The notes under the pieces are model-generated. The model searched no databases and was not told where the DNA came from. It was given only the letters and a program-made list of their open reading frames with translations. From assembly GCA_030141605.1 (NCBI GenBank), contig JAQGDQ010000756.1, positions 67,484-101,369 on the forward strand: a DNA stretch of 33,886 nucleotides, in the 5' to 3' direction. Numbering within the stretch: the first letter of the stretch is position 1; the number at the start of each line of letters is the position of its first letter. This document shows, piece by piece, positions 1-11,326 of the stretch. Source of the DNA: Tubiluchus corallicola (taxonomy: Eukaryota; Animalia; Priapulida). The position numbers and the translations under genes were made by a program.

Positions 1-2997
1 TAGATAGGTTTACACACATGCCAGAAGCACTGCAATCGTAGATAGGTTTACACACATGTCAGAAGCACTGCAATCGCAGATAGGTTTACACACATGCCAG
101 AAGTACTGCAATCGCAGATAGGTTTACACACATGCCAGAAGTACTGCAATCGTAGATAGGTTTACACACATGTCAGAAGTACTGCAGTCGTAGATAGGTT
201 TACACACATGTCAGAAGCACAGCAATCGTAGATAGGTTTATACACATGCCAGAAGCACTACAATCGTAGATAGGTTTACACACATGTCATAAACGCAGCA
301 ATCGTAGATAGGTTTACACACATGCCAGAAGCACTACAATCGTAGATAGGTTTACACACATGTCATAAACACAGCAATCGTAGATAGGTTTACACACATG
401 TCAGAAGTACTGCAGTCGTAGATAGGTTTACACACATGTCATAAACACAGCAATCGTAGATAGGTTTACACACATGTCATAAACACAGCAATCGTAGATA
501 GGTTTACACACATGCCAGAAGCACTGCAATCGTAGATAGGTTTACACACATGCCAGAAGCACAGCAATCGTAGATAGGTTTACACACATGTCATAAACAC
601 AGCAATCGTAGATAGGTTTGCACACATGTCATAAACACAGCAATCGTAGATAGGTTTACACACATGCCAGAAGCACTGCAATCGTAGATAGGTTTACACA
701 CTTGCCAGAAACACTGCAATCGTAGATAGATTTACACACTTGCCAGAAGCACTGCAATCGTAGATAGGTTTACACACATGTCAGAAGCACTGCAATCGTA
801 GATAGGTTTACACACATGCCAGAAGCACTGCAATCGTAGATAGGTTTGCACACATGCCAGAAACACAGCAATCGTAGATAGGTTTGCACACATGTCATAA
901 ACACAGCAATCGTAGATAGGTTTACACACATGCCAGAAGCACTGCAATCGTAGATAGGTTTACACACATGTCAGAAGCACTACAATCGTAGATAGGTTTA
1001 CACACATGCCAGAAACACTGCAATCGTAGATAGGTTTACACACATGCCAGAAGCACTGCAATCGTAGATAGGCTTACACACATGTCAGAAGCACTGAATC
1101 GTAGATAGGTTTGCACACATGCCAGAAGCACTGCAATCGTAGATAGGTTTACACACATGCCAGAAGCACTACAATCGTACATAGGTTTACACACATGTCA
1201 GAAGCACTGCAATCGTAGATAGGTTTGCACACATGCCAGAAACACAGCAATCGTAGATAGGTTTGCACACATGTCATAAACACAGCAATCGTAGATAGGT
1301 TTACACACATGCCAGAAGCACTGCAATCGTAGATAGGTTTACACACATGTCAGAAGCACTACAATCGTAGATAGGTTTACACACATGCCAGAAACACTGC
1401 AATCGTAGATAGGTTTACACACATGCCAGAAGCACTGCAATCGTAGATAGGCTTACACACGTCAGAAGCACTGAATCGTAGATAGGTTTACATACATGCT
1501 AGATGCACTGCAATCGTAGATAGGTTTACACACATGCCAGAAGCACTACAATCGTAGATAGGTTTACACACATGCCAGAAGCACTGCAGTCGTAGATAGA
1601 TTTACACACATGCCAGAAGCACTGGAATTGCAGATAGGTTTACACACATGCAGAAGCACTACAATCGTAGATAGGTTTACACACATGCCAGAAGCACTAC
1701 AATCGTAGGTAGGTTTACACACATGCCAGAAGCACTACAATCGTAGATAGGTTTACACACATGCCAGAAGCACTACAATCGTAGATAGGTTTACACACAT
1801 GCCAGAAGCACTGCAATCGTAGATAGGTTTACACACATGCCAGAAGCACTGCAGTCGTAGATAGGTTAACACACATGCCAGAAGCACTGCAATCGTAGAT
1901 AGGTTTACACACATGCCAGAAGCACTGCAATCGTAGATAGGTTTACACACATGCCAGAAGCACTGCAATCGTAGATAGGTTTACACACATGCTAGAAGCA
2001 CTGCAATCGTAGATAGGTTTACACACATGCCAGAAGCACTGCAATCGTAGATAGGTTTACACACATGCCAGAAGCACTGCAATCGTAGATAGGTTTACAC
2101 ACATGCCAGAAGCACTGCAATCGTAGATAGGTTTACACACATGTCAGAAGCACTGCAATCGTAGATAGGTTTACACACATGTCAGAAGTACTGCAGTCGT
2201 AGATAGGTTTACACACATGCCAGAAGCACTGCAATCGTAGATAGATTTACACACATGCCAGAAGCACTGCAATCGTAGATAGGTTTACACACATGCCAGA
2301 AGCACTGCAATCGTAGATAGGTTTACACACATGCCAGAAGCACTGCAATCGTAGATAGGTTTACACACATGTCAGAAGCACTGCAATCGTAGATAGGTTT
2401 ACACACATGCCAGAAGCACTGCAATCGTAGATAGGTTTACACACATGTCAGAAGCACTGCAATCGTAGATAGGTTTACACACATGCCAGAAGCACTGCAA
2501 TCGTAGATAGGTTTACACACATGCCAGAAGTACTGCAATCGTAGATAGGTTTACACACATGCCAGAAGTACTGCAATCGTAGATAGGTTTGCACACATGC
2601 CAGAAACACTGCAATCGTAGATAGGTTTACACACATGCCAGAGGTACTGCAATCGAAGATAGGTTTACACACATGCCAGAAACACTGCAATCGTAGGTAG
2701 GTTTACACACATGCCAGAGGTACTGCAATCGAAGATAGGTTTACACACATGCCAGAGGTACTGCAATCGAAGATAGGTTTACACACATGCCAGAAGCACT
2801 GCAATCGTAGATAGGTTTACACACATGCCAGAAGCACTACAATCGTAGATAGGTTTACACACATGCCAGAAGCACTGCAATCGTAGATAGGTTTACACAC
2901 ATGTCAGAAGCACTGCAATCGTAGATAGGTTTGCACACATGCCAGAAGCACTGCAATCGTAGATAGGTTTACACACATGCCAGAAGCACTACAATCA
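1..2997. repeat. 38-bp minisatellite array (~79 copies, truncated by window start)
   Basis: Unit TAGATAGGTTTACACACATGCCAGAAGCACTGCAATCG repeated head-to-tail with point variants (e.g. TCATAAACACAGC); ends at ...ACTACAATCATAC near 2997. Confidence 0.98.
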
Positions 2998-3099
2998 TAC
3001 TTTAAGTGAAACGGTTTTCTGATACCATTGTTGTATGCAATAAGCTGTCTATTTATCACACCATTACTATAATTAATCCAGAAAGACATACAGTAAATG

Positions 3100-3640
3100 T
3101 TACAGCAGTAATCATTACTTTTTTTTGGAATGTGCAAGAATTTTTCCCAAAAAAACGTAATTGCACGATCGCGGGGCTGGTTCTATGTTATTTTGCCATT
3201 CACTAGTTAGATGGGCACTAGCGGCTGTATCTCGGAACCGCGTTGCCCAAAAACACGTGCCGTACCTCTCAGTTCAGAGGTGTTCGGTTGTGACGCACTG
3301 CACACGTTCGAGAACTCGTGTGAAGACTCTTGTAACTTGAAATTTGAATTTTAAACTTTTGAATATCACACTAAAATGTTGTACAGTAGCACTATTCCCT
3401 TTTCGTAGATACGTGCAACACGCTCGTGAGATGTGCTGTAGAAAAACATGTTCGGTTGTGACGTCATTAACAGCTGGACTCCTCGCTCGTTAACTAAGTT
3501 TGTAATCTATTATTTGATTATCAGAAGTGCTTTAGCATTATTATTGGTGCTAAAATGTATACTTTATCATACTTGAAGTCATACTTGAAGATAGTGAACG
3601 TGATGTGGATAATCAGCCTGCTTTCGTTTAACAAGATTCG
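3100..3640 (+). mobile_element. Diverged copy of dispersed repeat family A (Kolobok-like non-autonomous element)
   Basis: Shares CTAGTTAGATGGGCACTAGC, CTCAGTTCAGA, AAATTTGAATTTT, ACAGTAGCACT, ACGTGCAACACGCTCGTG and TGTGACGTCA in the same order as the copies at 15083-15685 and 29396-30508. Ends approximate. Confidence 0.75.
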
Positions 3641-4344
3641 ATTTGAATAATTGACTTGAATTTCATTTGACAAATCTCTTTATTCAGACCGGATTTCAGT
3701 CGTTAAGCTCGTTTTTGCTTTCAAAACGTTTCTGTTCAGCAAATTGACGTTCTTCGAGCAAAACGCGCAACTAATTGAACGAAGCCAAGTCTAAACTACC
3801 AACGTTTTAAAGAAAGATAGGCTGATTTTTCATCTGCTACCCAGTTCTCAAATCTGCAGGGATGAGACTTTTCGGCGGATACGCTGAATTCCGAGTTTTT
3901 GGAAGACCGGTAGTGCCATTTTTGTAAATCGCGTAAATTCGTTGAGAAAATTTTTACGGACCCAGTGTTTCACAAACTGACCGCTAGGTGGCAGGCCGTC
4001 ACTTTGTTTACGTCACGTACATCGGTGTAACCACGTGTATATCTCTATGTATAAAAATGTACAATCAATTGTGCAGAGTTATTTGAGTCAATTGCAGACA
4101 GTTTTTATATACTTTTGCATAGGAGAGGCCAGTACTTAGGCGTTTTTGAGACAATTAGGTATCATGTATCCTTGATAGTTGGGTATTTTAAATTATGCAT
4201 GAAACAAGGTAATTGATATATTAAGTCCACTTAGAGGTTCTCTATGGTCACAAAATTACAATTTGTTGCTTCACCCCTTGAACCCCCACGGGGGCCTACG
4301 CGGGCCCCCAACCCTCCGCCCTGTTTCAGAGTTTTTTGCAATTT

Positions 4345-4956
4345 GTCATTCTCATATCTGAATCTGGTAAAAAGTAAACATTTTAACACAGATAATACTG
4401 CAAAGGCAAATCTGATAATTAAATAACTGATTAAAAACCTAATTAACGGCACTAGTTAATTAATCAACTATTGATGAAATCACAAACTAACATAATTTTC
4501 TATAGCACAAATATTCCATGAGCGTGTTGCACATGTTAGCGAAAGTGAAAATTGAAGTACAGTGCTACTGTAAGATATTCAGTGTGTTGTACTAAAACTA
4601 GGCAAGTTTTAAGATAAAAATTCAAATTTCAAATTTACCACTGTGCTCACGCATGAGCTGTCGAACGTGTGTAGTTCGTCACAAACTAACACATCTGAAC
4701 TGAGAGATACAACCAGCGCCTGTTTTTTGTGCAGTGAGTTTCCGAAATGCAGTTGCTAGTGCCCGTCTAACTAACGAAATGCATGTAACATGTAACAGTG
4801 AAGAACTAGTGGCGCGAACGTGAAATTGTGTTTGTGAGGTAATAATTCTTTCACGTAAGTCATTTTTGAAAAAATAATAGTATGTTTCCTTTCAATATTT
4901 TAAAGAGTAGATTGTTTTGACCTTCAGTTTAAGATTGGGGTCCAGTTTTGCTTTAA
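4345..4956 (-). mobile_element. Family A copy, reverse orientation, with intact TTAA-AG terminus
   Basis: Reverse complement aligns by eye to 15083-15685 and 29396-30508. Terminus GTCCAGTTTTGCT-TTAA at ~4940-4956 (rc TTAAAGCAAAACTGGAC). Confidence 0.85.
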
Positions 4957-5317
4957 ACAGTTTACGTCCTGACAAGTGGCGGCTCGTAGCTAAAATTGGT
5001 GTGTGTGTGTGTGTGTGGGGAGGGGGGGGGAATTTGAGGCCATTGTTTAAATTATATGCAAAACGTAACAAACATACGTAATTTCAATGTTGTAATTATA
5101 TTAGAACATCATGTGTTGAACAACCTCTTTTCTTAACTTAAACTTTCTCGTGGAGAGACAACTGTGAAAAATTAAGCTGTTGTAGTTCTTTTACAGTCAC
5201 AGAACTTATTTCTTGGGGATGCAAAGCGTCCACTATCAAGCACACACGCTAGGTTTACACTTTAACACATCCAAGAATATGACGGTGCACGGTAAGCACG
5301 TGGCGATTGTTGCGGTG

Positions 5318-5412
5318 ATAGGGACAGTACTTTCTCTACCTAACAGCAGATGCCAGCATTCAGCGTGCTATCTTAGACATGTGCGCATGGCCGCATGCGC
5401 ACAACAACCAAA
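5318..5412 (+). repeat. Dispersed repeat fragment, inverted copy at ~12755-12835
   Basis: GGGACAGTACTTTCTCTACCTA...CCGCATGCGCACAACAACCAA is the reverse complement of TTGGTTGTTGTGCGCATGCGG...TAGGTAGAGAAAGTACTGTCCC. Confidence 0.7.
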
Positions 5413-5603
5413 CACCACGTTGCTTGAGCTGTGAAGCAAACAGTACTTCTCTCACGTGCTCCGGTTCTGCGCAAGTATAAAAAAAAACTAAAGAAAAAAG
5501 ACATTATATTGAATATTATCTAAAAGATTGAGTGAAAACGGGGTGATGCTGTACCACAGTACATATACACGAGCCGCCACTGGTCCTGGCTGGACCTTTT
5601 GAA

Positions 5604-6690
5604 GTGAAATAATGCTAGATCGAATCCCCCATTCCCCGTAGAGCACGTCTAGTGAAACAATGTTAGATCGTATCCCCCATTTCCTGTGGTGCACAGCAAG
5701 TGAAACAATGCTAGATCGTATCCCCCATTTCCTGTAGAGTACGTCAAGTGAAACAATGCTAGATCGTATCCCCCACCTTCCCTGTAGAGCATAGCAAGTG
5801 AAACAATGCTAGATCGTAACCCCAATTCCGCATAGAGCGCAGCAAGTGAAACAATGCTAGATCGTATCCCTCATTCCCTGTAGAGCACGTCAAGTGAAAC
5901 AGTGCTAGATCGTATCCCCCCGTTCCCTGTAGAGCACGTCAAGTGAAACAGTGCTAGATCGTATCCCCTACCATCCCTGTGGAGCACGTCAAGTGAAACA
6001 ATGGTAGATCGTATCCCCCACCATCCCTGTAGAGCACGTCAAGTGAAACAATGCTAGATCGTATCCCCCACTTTCTCTGTAGAGCGCAGCAAGTGAAACA
6101 ATGCCAGATCGAATCCCCCACCATCCCTGTAGAGCACGTCAAGTGAAACAATGCTAGATCGAATCCCCCATTCCCTGTAGAGCACGTCAAGTGAGACAAT
6201 GCTAGATCGTATCCCCCACCATCCCTGTAGAGCACGTCAAGTGAAACAATGCTAGATCGTATCCCCCACTTTCTCTGTAGAGCACAGAAAGTGAAACAAA
6301 GCTAGATCGTATCCCCCACCATTCCCTGTAGACTGTGTAGAGTACAGCAAGTGAAACAATGCTAGATCGCATCCCGCATTCCCTGTAGAGTACAGCAAGT
6401 GAAACAATGCTAGACCGTATCCCCCACTTTCTCTGTAGAGCACAGAAAGTGAAACAAAGCTAGACCGTATCCCCCACCATCCCTGTAGAGCACAACAAGT
6501 GAAACGATGCTAGATCGTATCCCCCACTTTCTCTGTAGAGCACAGAAAGTGAAACAAAGCTAGATCGTATCCCCCACTATTCCCTGTAGAGTACAACAAG
6601 TGAAACAATGCTAGATCGCATCCCGCATTCCCTGTAGAGCACAGCAAGTGAAACAATGCTAGATCGTATCCCCCACCATCCCTGTAGAGC
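5604..6690. repeat. 48-50-bp minisatellite (~22 copies)
   Basis: Unit ~GTGAAACAATGCTAGATCGTATCCCCCACCATCCCTGTAGAGCACGTCAA, with length variation in the C-rich middle. Confidence 0.95.
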
Positions 6691-7190
6691 ATGTACGAGT
6701 TACAGGCTTTGATCGCCATTGCCTAGTTAACATTTTAATGAAATAACTGACGATAATGTCGTCGTGCTAGTTAACAGTGAATGAAGAAGCCCTGCCTGAC
6801 GCGCGATTGCATTCCATTAACAATTCAATACACGTACATGGCTTCAGCGAGTACGAGAGAGAAAGACAGGCTGGTCAGGCTGAACGAAGTGCCTGTAAGC
6901 AGGACTACGATCACACTTAAAACCATTAGAAAGCACTCTGCCCGTGTAATGAGAATGATATGTAATCATGGATGAGTAAACATGGCTTCCTAGTCTGCAC
7001 GCGGAGGTCAAGAACGTCTTGGCACAGAGTTAGGCAATTGGATGATTACTGGGCTTCCTGTGAACATGGTTGACTGTTGACGAGATAGAAAAGGCAATTT
7101 TCAAAGCATGAAAAAAGTCCCAAAGAACTTTCTATACAAAGTTGTATTACGTACCATTACGCTTATCCATCTGAAAGACGTAACTAGAAA

Positions 7191-8395
7191 CAGGGGCGTA
7201 TTAATCAATAGGCTAAGTAGGGGCGCCACTATAGGCTAACTAGTTTGAGGGGCGCCACTATAGCCTAACTAGTTTGAGGGGCGCCTCTATAGCCTAACTA
7301 GTTTGAGGGGCGCCACTATAGCCTAACTAGTTTGAGGGGCGCCACTATAGCCTAATTAGTTTGAGGGGCGCCACTATAGCCTAACTAGTTTGAGGGGCGC
7401 CACTATAGCCTAACTAGTTTGAGGGGCGCCACTATAGCCTAATTAGTTTGAGGGGCGCCACTATAGCCTAACTAGTTTGAGGGGCGCCACTATAGACTAA
7501 CTAGTTTGAGGGGCGCCACTATAGCCTAACTACTTTGAGGGGCGCCACTATAGCCTAACTAGTTTGAGGGGCGCCACTATAGCCTAATTAGTTTGAGGGG
7601 CGCCACTATAGCCTAACTAGTTTGAGGGGCGCCACTATAGACTAACTAGTTTGAGGGGCGCCACTATAGCCTAACTACTTTGAGGGGCGCCACTATAGAC
7701 TAACTACTTTGAGGGGCGCCACTATAGCCTAACTAGTTTGAGGGGCGCCACTATAGCCTAATTAGTTTGAGGGGCGCCACTATAGACTAACTAGTTTGAG
7801 GGGCGCCACTATAGACTAACTACTTTGAGGGGCGCCACTATAGCCTAACTAGTTTGAGGGGCGCCACTATAGCCTAACTAGTTTGAGGGGCGCCACTATA
7901 GACTAACTAGTTTGAGGGGCGCCACTATAGACTAACTACTTTGAGGGGCGCCACTATAGCCTAACTACTTTGAGGGGCGCCACTATAGACTAACTAGTTT
8001 GAGGGGCGCCACTATAGCCTAACTAGTTTGAGGGGCGCCACATTTTAGAAAAGACTCTTATTCTCCTCGGAAAATGTGTATACTTTTATATTCATGTAAA
8101 GGGCACGTTTTATAGCACACCACAGGCAGTTACTGAGCGCAGCTATTATATAAGTGCCACATAACGAACAGGTGCAAGGTGTTATGCAACAAACAGTTGA
8201 GCAATCTGCTTAAATATAAGCGCTATGCAAATACATGTAATTAATAATGACTACGTAGAAATTAGGTTAATAGTCTTTCTAATACACCACAAGTAATTTA
8301 ACGTGTGCATTACATAAGAAACCATAAATTCACAATAGAGATGGGCGGGGCATAATTATCAGCCTAGGGCGTTGTAAAATCTTGGTATGCCCTTG
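7191..8395. mobile_element. hAT-like MITE carrying an internal 29-bp satellite, inserted into a family B repeat
   Basis: Starts CAGGGGCGTA and ends TATGCCCTTG (rc CAAGGGCATA, 8/10 match). Flanked by ACTAGAAA (7183-7190) and ATTAGAAA (8396-8403), a 7/8 8-bp TSD. The flanks rejoin into family B sequence. Confidence 0.75.
7210..8041. repeat. 29-bp minisatellite (~28 copies)
   Basis: Unit GCCTAACTAGTTTGAGGGGCGCCACTATA, highly homogeneous. Confidence 0.98.
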
Positions 8396-8675
8396 ATTAG
8401 AAAAAAATTCTCACAAATTAAAAATATTCGCATTGCTATCCCAGTATGCACCAGTGATTCACTTAAAACAGGATGATCTTATTCATAAGGAAAAGTAATT
8501 TAAATGGGTTGTTCAGTGTCCCAACTTAGATTATTATCTTTGATAATGCGATAGATTCTGGTTCCGCTACCGCGATCTGAATTCAATGAGTTTTGCCATT
8601 GAATGCTGGATCACAGCTTGCTGAGTGACAAATTGTGTTCCAAGATATCCAGCCCTTCATTCACAATACTTTCAT

Positions 8676-8830
8676 TCACAGTAAAATTGCACAGGTAAAA
8701 ATGGCACAGGTAAAATGGCACAGGAGAAAATTGCACAGATAAAAATGGCACAGGTAAAAATAGCACGGGTAAAAATGGCACAGGTAAAAATGTCACAGGT
8801 AAAAATGGCGCAGGAAAAAATTCCACAGCG
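8676..8830. repeat. 14-15-bp tandem repeat (~10 copies)
   Basis: Unit CACAGGTAAAAATGG, degenerate. Confidence 0.9.
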
Positions 8831-9119
8831 AAAAGATTCCCATTTTGGCACCCTATACCCACCTTCCGCCTTACTTCACAAAGTTTGTTGAAAATCTGAT
8901 GGATACTTTTTGCGTAATTTGCTTACTGCCATAATAAACAAAAAACAAACAGACAAACAAACAAACTGTGCTGAAGCGTAACTTCCTTAGCAGACTTACA
9001 AGTAACTAGAATAATCATGCCCCACTGTAACCTTAACCACCTATTTTACTGAGGGTGCCATTCTTGCTGGGGAACAAGAAAAAATGAACTAGGCAAGGTT
9101 CTAGCTAGCTGTTAAAACT

Positions 9120-9133
9120 GTTGCTATGGCAAC
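9120..9133. promoter_or_regulatory. RFX-binding X-box candidate
   Basis: GTTGCTATGGCAAC, one mismatch from the palindromic X-box consensus GTTGCCATGGCAAC, in non-repetitive DNA ~215 bp upstream of the first recognisable exon. Confidence 0.6.
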
Positions 9134-9168
9134 AGCATGGGCTGCGAGGTGTTGTCAAGTGTACTCAA

Positions 9169-9180
9169 ATGCGTTGTTTG
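9169..9180 (+). CDS. Possible coding end of a short first exon (MRCL)
   Basis: ATG CGT TGT TTG followed by GTAAAC. Phase 0 would join in frame to the exon at 9349 via a 168-nt intron with a long pyrimidine-rich 3' part. The donor is only moderate and this may be 5' UTR. Confidence 0.3.
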
Positions 9181-9188
9181 GTAAACTT

Positions 9189-9201
9189 TGACCTTTGACC
9201 T
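9189..9201 (-). promoter_or_regulatory. Perfect DR1 nuclear-receptor element (AGGTCA-A-AGGTCA on minus strand)
   Basis: TGACCTTTGACCT seen directly. DR1 is the established HNF4/RXR/COUP-TF type site; function here is unproven. Confidence 0.35.
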
Positions 9202-9348
9202 TTTTACGATCGTCATCAATCGCTGGAACTACGAAAACGCTTATTATTTTCCTGCCATTGTCTTCTGTCATTGTTTTTATTGCCATTGTGTTTTTGTCAT
9301 TGTCTCTTTTGCCATTGTGTTTTTATCATTGTTTTTATCTTCTTTCAG

Positions 9349-9424
9349 ATTCCGCTCATGACGCTGCGAAACATGTCAGACGAAGAAAGCGATAGTAACT
9401 CGGACTCCGCTAGGGGTCACGAAG
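9349..9424 (+). CDS. PDZ gene exon A: acidic/Ser-rich N-terminus (IPLMTLRNMSDEESDSNSDSARGHE-G)
   Basis: Long polypyrimidine tract + TTTCAG acceptor; strong AAG|GTGAGT donor; phase-1 end matches the phase-1 start of exon 21078; in-frame ATGs at 9358 and 9373. Confidence 0.7.
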
Positions 9425-9855
9425 GTGAGTCGCGCCCCCTGTCGCAGATGCGAGCATTTACTTTACAGTTGATTAGTAATTTGGATTTGTATTCTTATTA
9501 AACTTTAACTTTTCATTGCCATTAAGTCAGTGCTGACATCTGTCAGTACACTTTGTAGTTTTCAATATATCTTTGTACTTGCTACTGCTGTATGTTTGTG
9601 TGTAACTGGGTTACTTGGCTTCTCCGTGAATTTAGTAACTCTTTACACTTGGTAGCTAGATTAGAAGAGCAGCACTGGTCTTCAACAACATTTTGACTCA
9701 GATGCCATGATATATTAGCTGATGGATTGACTTTGACTTTTTCTGACTACTGATGATCATGTTCGCCATTTTGTGTGTATGCAGATTGACTATGAGACTA
9801 TGATTTTGAGTAAAATACAGATCATGATTTCATCCATTGATTTCATCTGTTTAAC

Positions 9856-10332
9856 TTAAAGGACAAGAAAAGGCCTAGTTAAAGCAAGTCTCAGAAAATT
9901 TTCGTTAAAAAATTATAACGGTTAGAGGCAATCTTAAGCGTTTATCATACTCACGTTAAAAGAATTTCCTGTTTGTTTTCATTTTAAATTCTCTCGCGAG
10001 ACTGTCACGGCGGCGCCATATTAGATGGCGTCACAGAACCACAACACAAATCTTTATAGTACACGTGCTCAGAACTCACTGCGACCGTGTTCTTGTGATG
10101 TCATGTCACGTGATCAGTCACATGCTGGCTTTTCAATTGGTGGACTAAATGAAACATGTCTGCGCCAACGTTTACTGCAGCGGTTGAAATATTTTATAAA
10201 AATTGGAGTAAATGAGAAACCGTGAGTACTTCATTCGCTTAGGATTATACTTAGGTGATGTAATTTTCTATTGCGAATTTTCTGAGGTCTTGAGAATAAA
10301 GCAGTTTTTCTTTCAATTGTTCCTTCCTTTAA
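9856..10332. mobile_element. Kolobok-like MITE, TTAA-flanked with long imperfect TIRs
   Basis: TTAA-AGGAC... at 9856 and ...TTCCT-TTAA at 10332. Internal inverted matches: CTCAGAAAATT/AATTTTCTGAG, AATCTTAAGCG/CGCTTAGGATT, TACTCACG/CGTGAGTA. Related partial copy at ~25253-25430. Confidence 0.75.
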
Positions 10333-10735
10333 CAACTGTATAACTCCATATTTTCTCTTCGAAAATGCTTCTCCGGCGTTCTAGCAGTTCAAAAATTTTC
10401 TGGACGCCAACCATGGTAGCGCCCCCCCCCCGATGGGGCCTCAAACGCCTCACTTCCCCCGGGCCTCGCCTACGCTGAAATAGGCCCTGTCGTTCACACG
10501 TCTTAAATTGTTGACTTTCATGAAATCACCGAGTCTGCTTTCTTGTCCCCTAAATCTTAAAAGTCTAAAGTTCTGAATTTAAATGAAATGAAACGAAAAT
10601 GGAATGTTCCATTTGCTTTAATAGGGATAAGCTAATAAATTTTTTTTCGATCACCATTGCGTTTAGTCTAATAGTAAACACTTTTTTAATGAAATATTAA
10701 ATACGTGAAATATTCAACAGCTGTACAAATATACT

Positions 10736-10935
10736 ATGCAGTGCAACTCAGTGCACCACAGCACCTAAACAACGTCGTGCAATGCAGTGCAACTCAATGC
10801 ACCACAGCATAAAAAAACAACGTCGTGCAATGTAGTGCAACTCAATGCACCACAGCATAAAAAAACAACGTCGTGCAATGTAGTGCAACTCAATGCACCA
10901 CAGCACAAAACAACGTCGTGCAATGCAGTGCAGCT
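10736..10935. repeat. 45-48-bp tandem repeat (~4 copies)
   Basis: AACGTCGTGC recurs at 10771, 10819, 10867 and 10912. Confidence 0.9.
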
Positions 10936-11326
10936 GAACTATATTGCAGTTTTGGAAACTTGCAATCGGTTGCAGGTTTTTCTCAGATTGGCAGCCAGCG
11001 AGGTCAGACAGGACAAAACAGTTACTACGTAACAGTCTGTAACTACAATAGATCGTGCTTCTGCAACCATACTGTTCCCGTGTTTCTGTATCCTCGACCG
11101 CGTGCGCGTGACGCACCGTCTGTTTTTGTCTCGCGTTCCCTCACAAGCTATTACTGGATTATGTCAATCGTTGAAGCAACTCAGCCATTATAAGCCCGGA
11201 ATTACGTTGAACTAACGGTTCAGATAAACTGCACTTAGTGGCGTGTTTTCCAGCGCTATAAGCGTTAAAACGGTTATGAAGGTGTGTTAAAAGCGCCTTT
11301 TCAAAGTGAAGTATGAACTACAGCTG

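Noticed and set aside
1-2997. 38-bp repeats as CRISPR, or the minus-strand Cys-rich ORFs as genes
   Set aside because: Units are contiguous with no spacers; the ORFs just cycle through the three frames of a 38-bp unit.
5604-6690. CRISPR-like look (conserved ~29-bp core alternating with variable segments)
   Set aside because: The variable segments are short homologous variants of one another rather than unique spacers; there are no cas genes and the context is eukaryotic.
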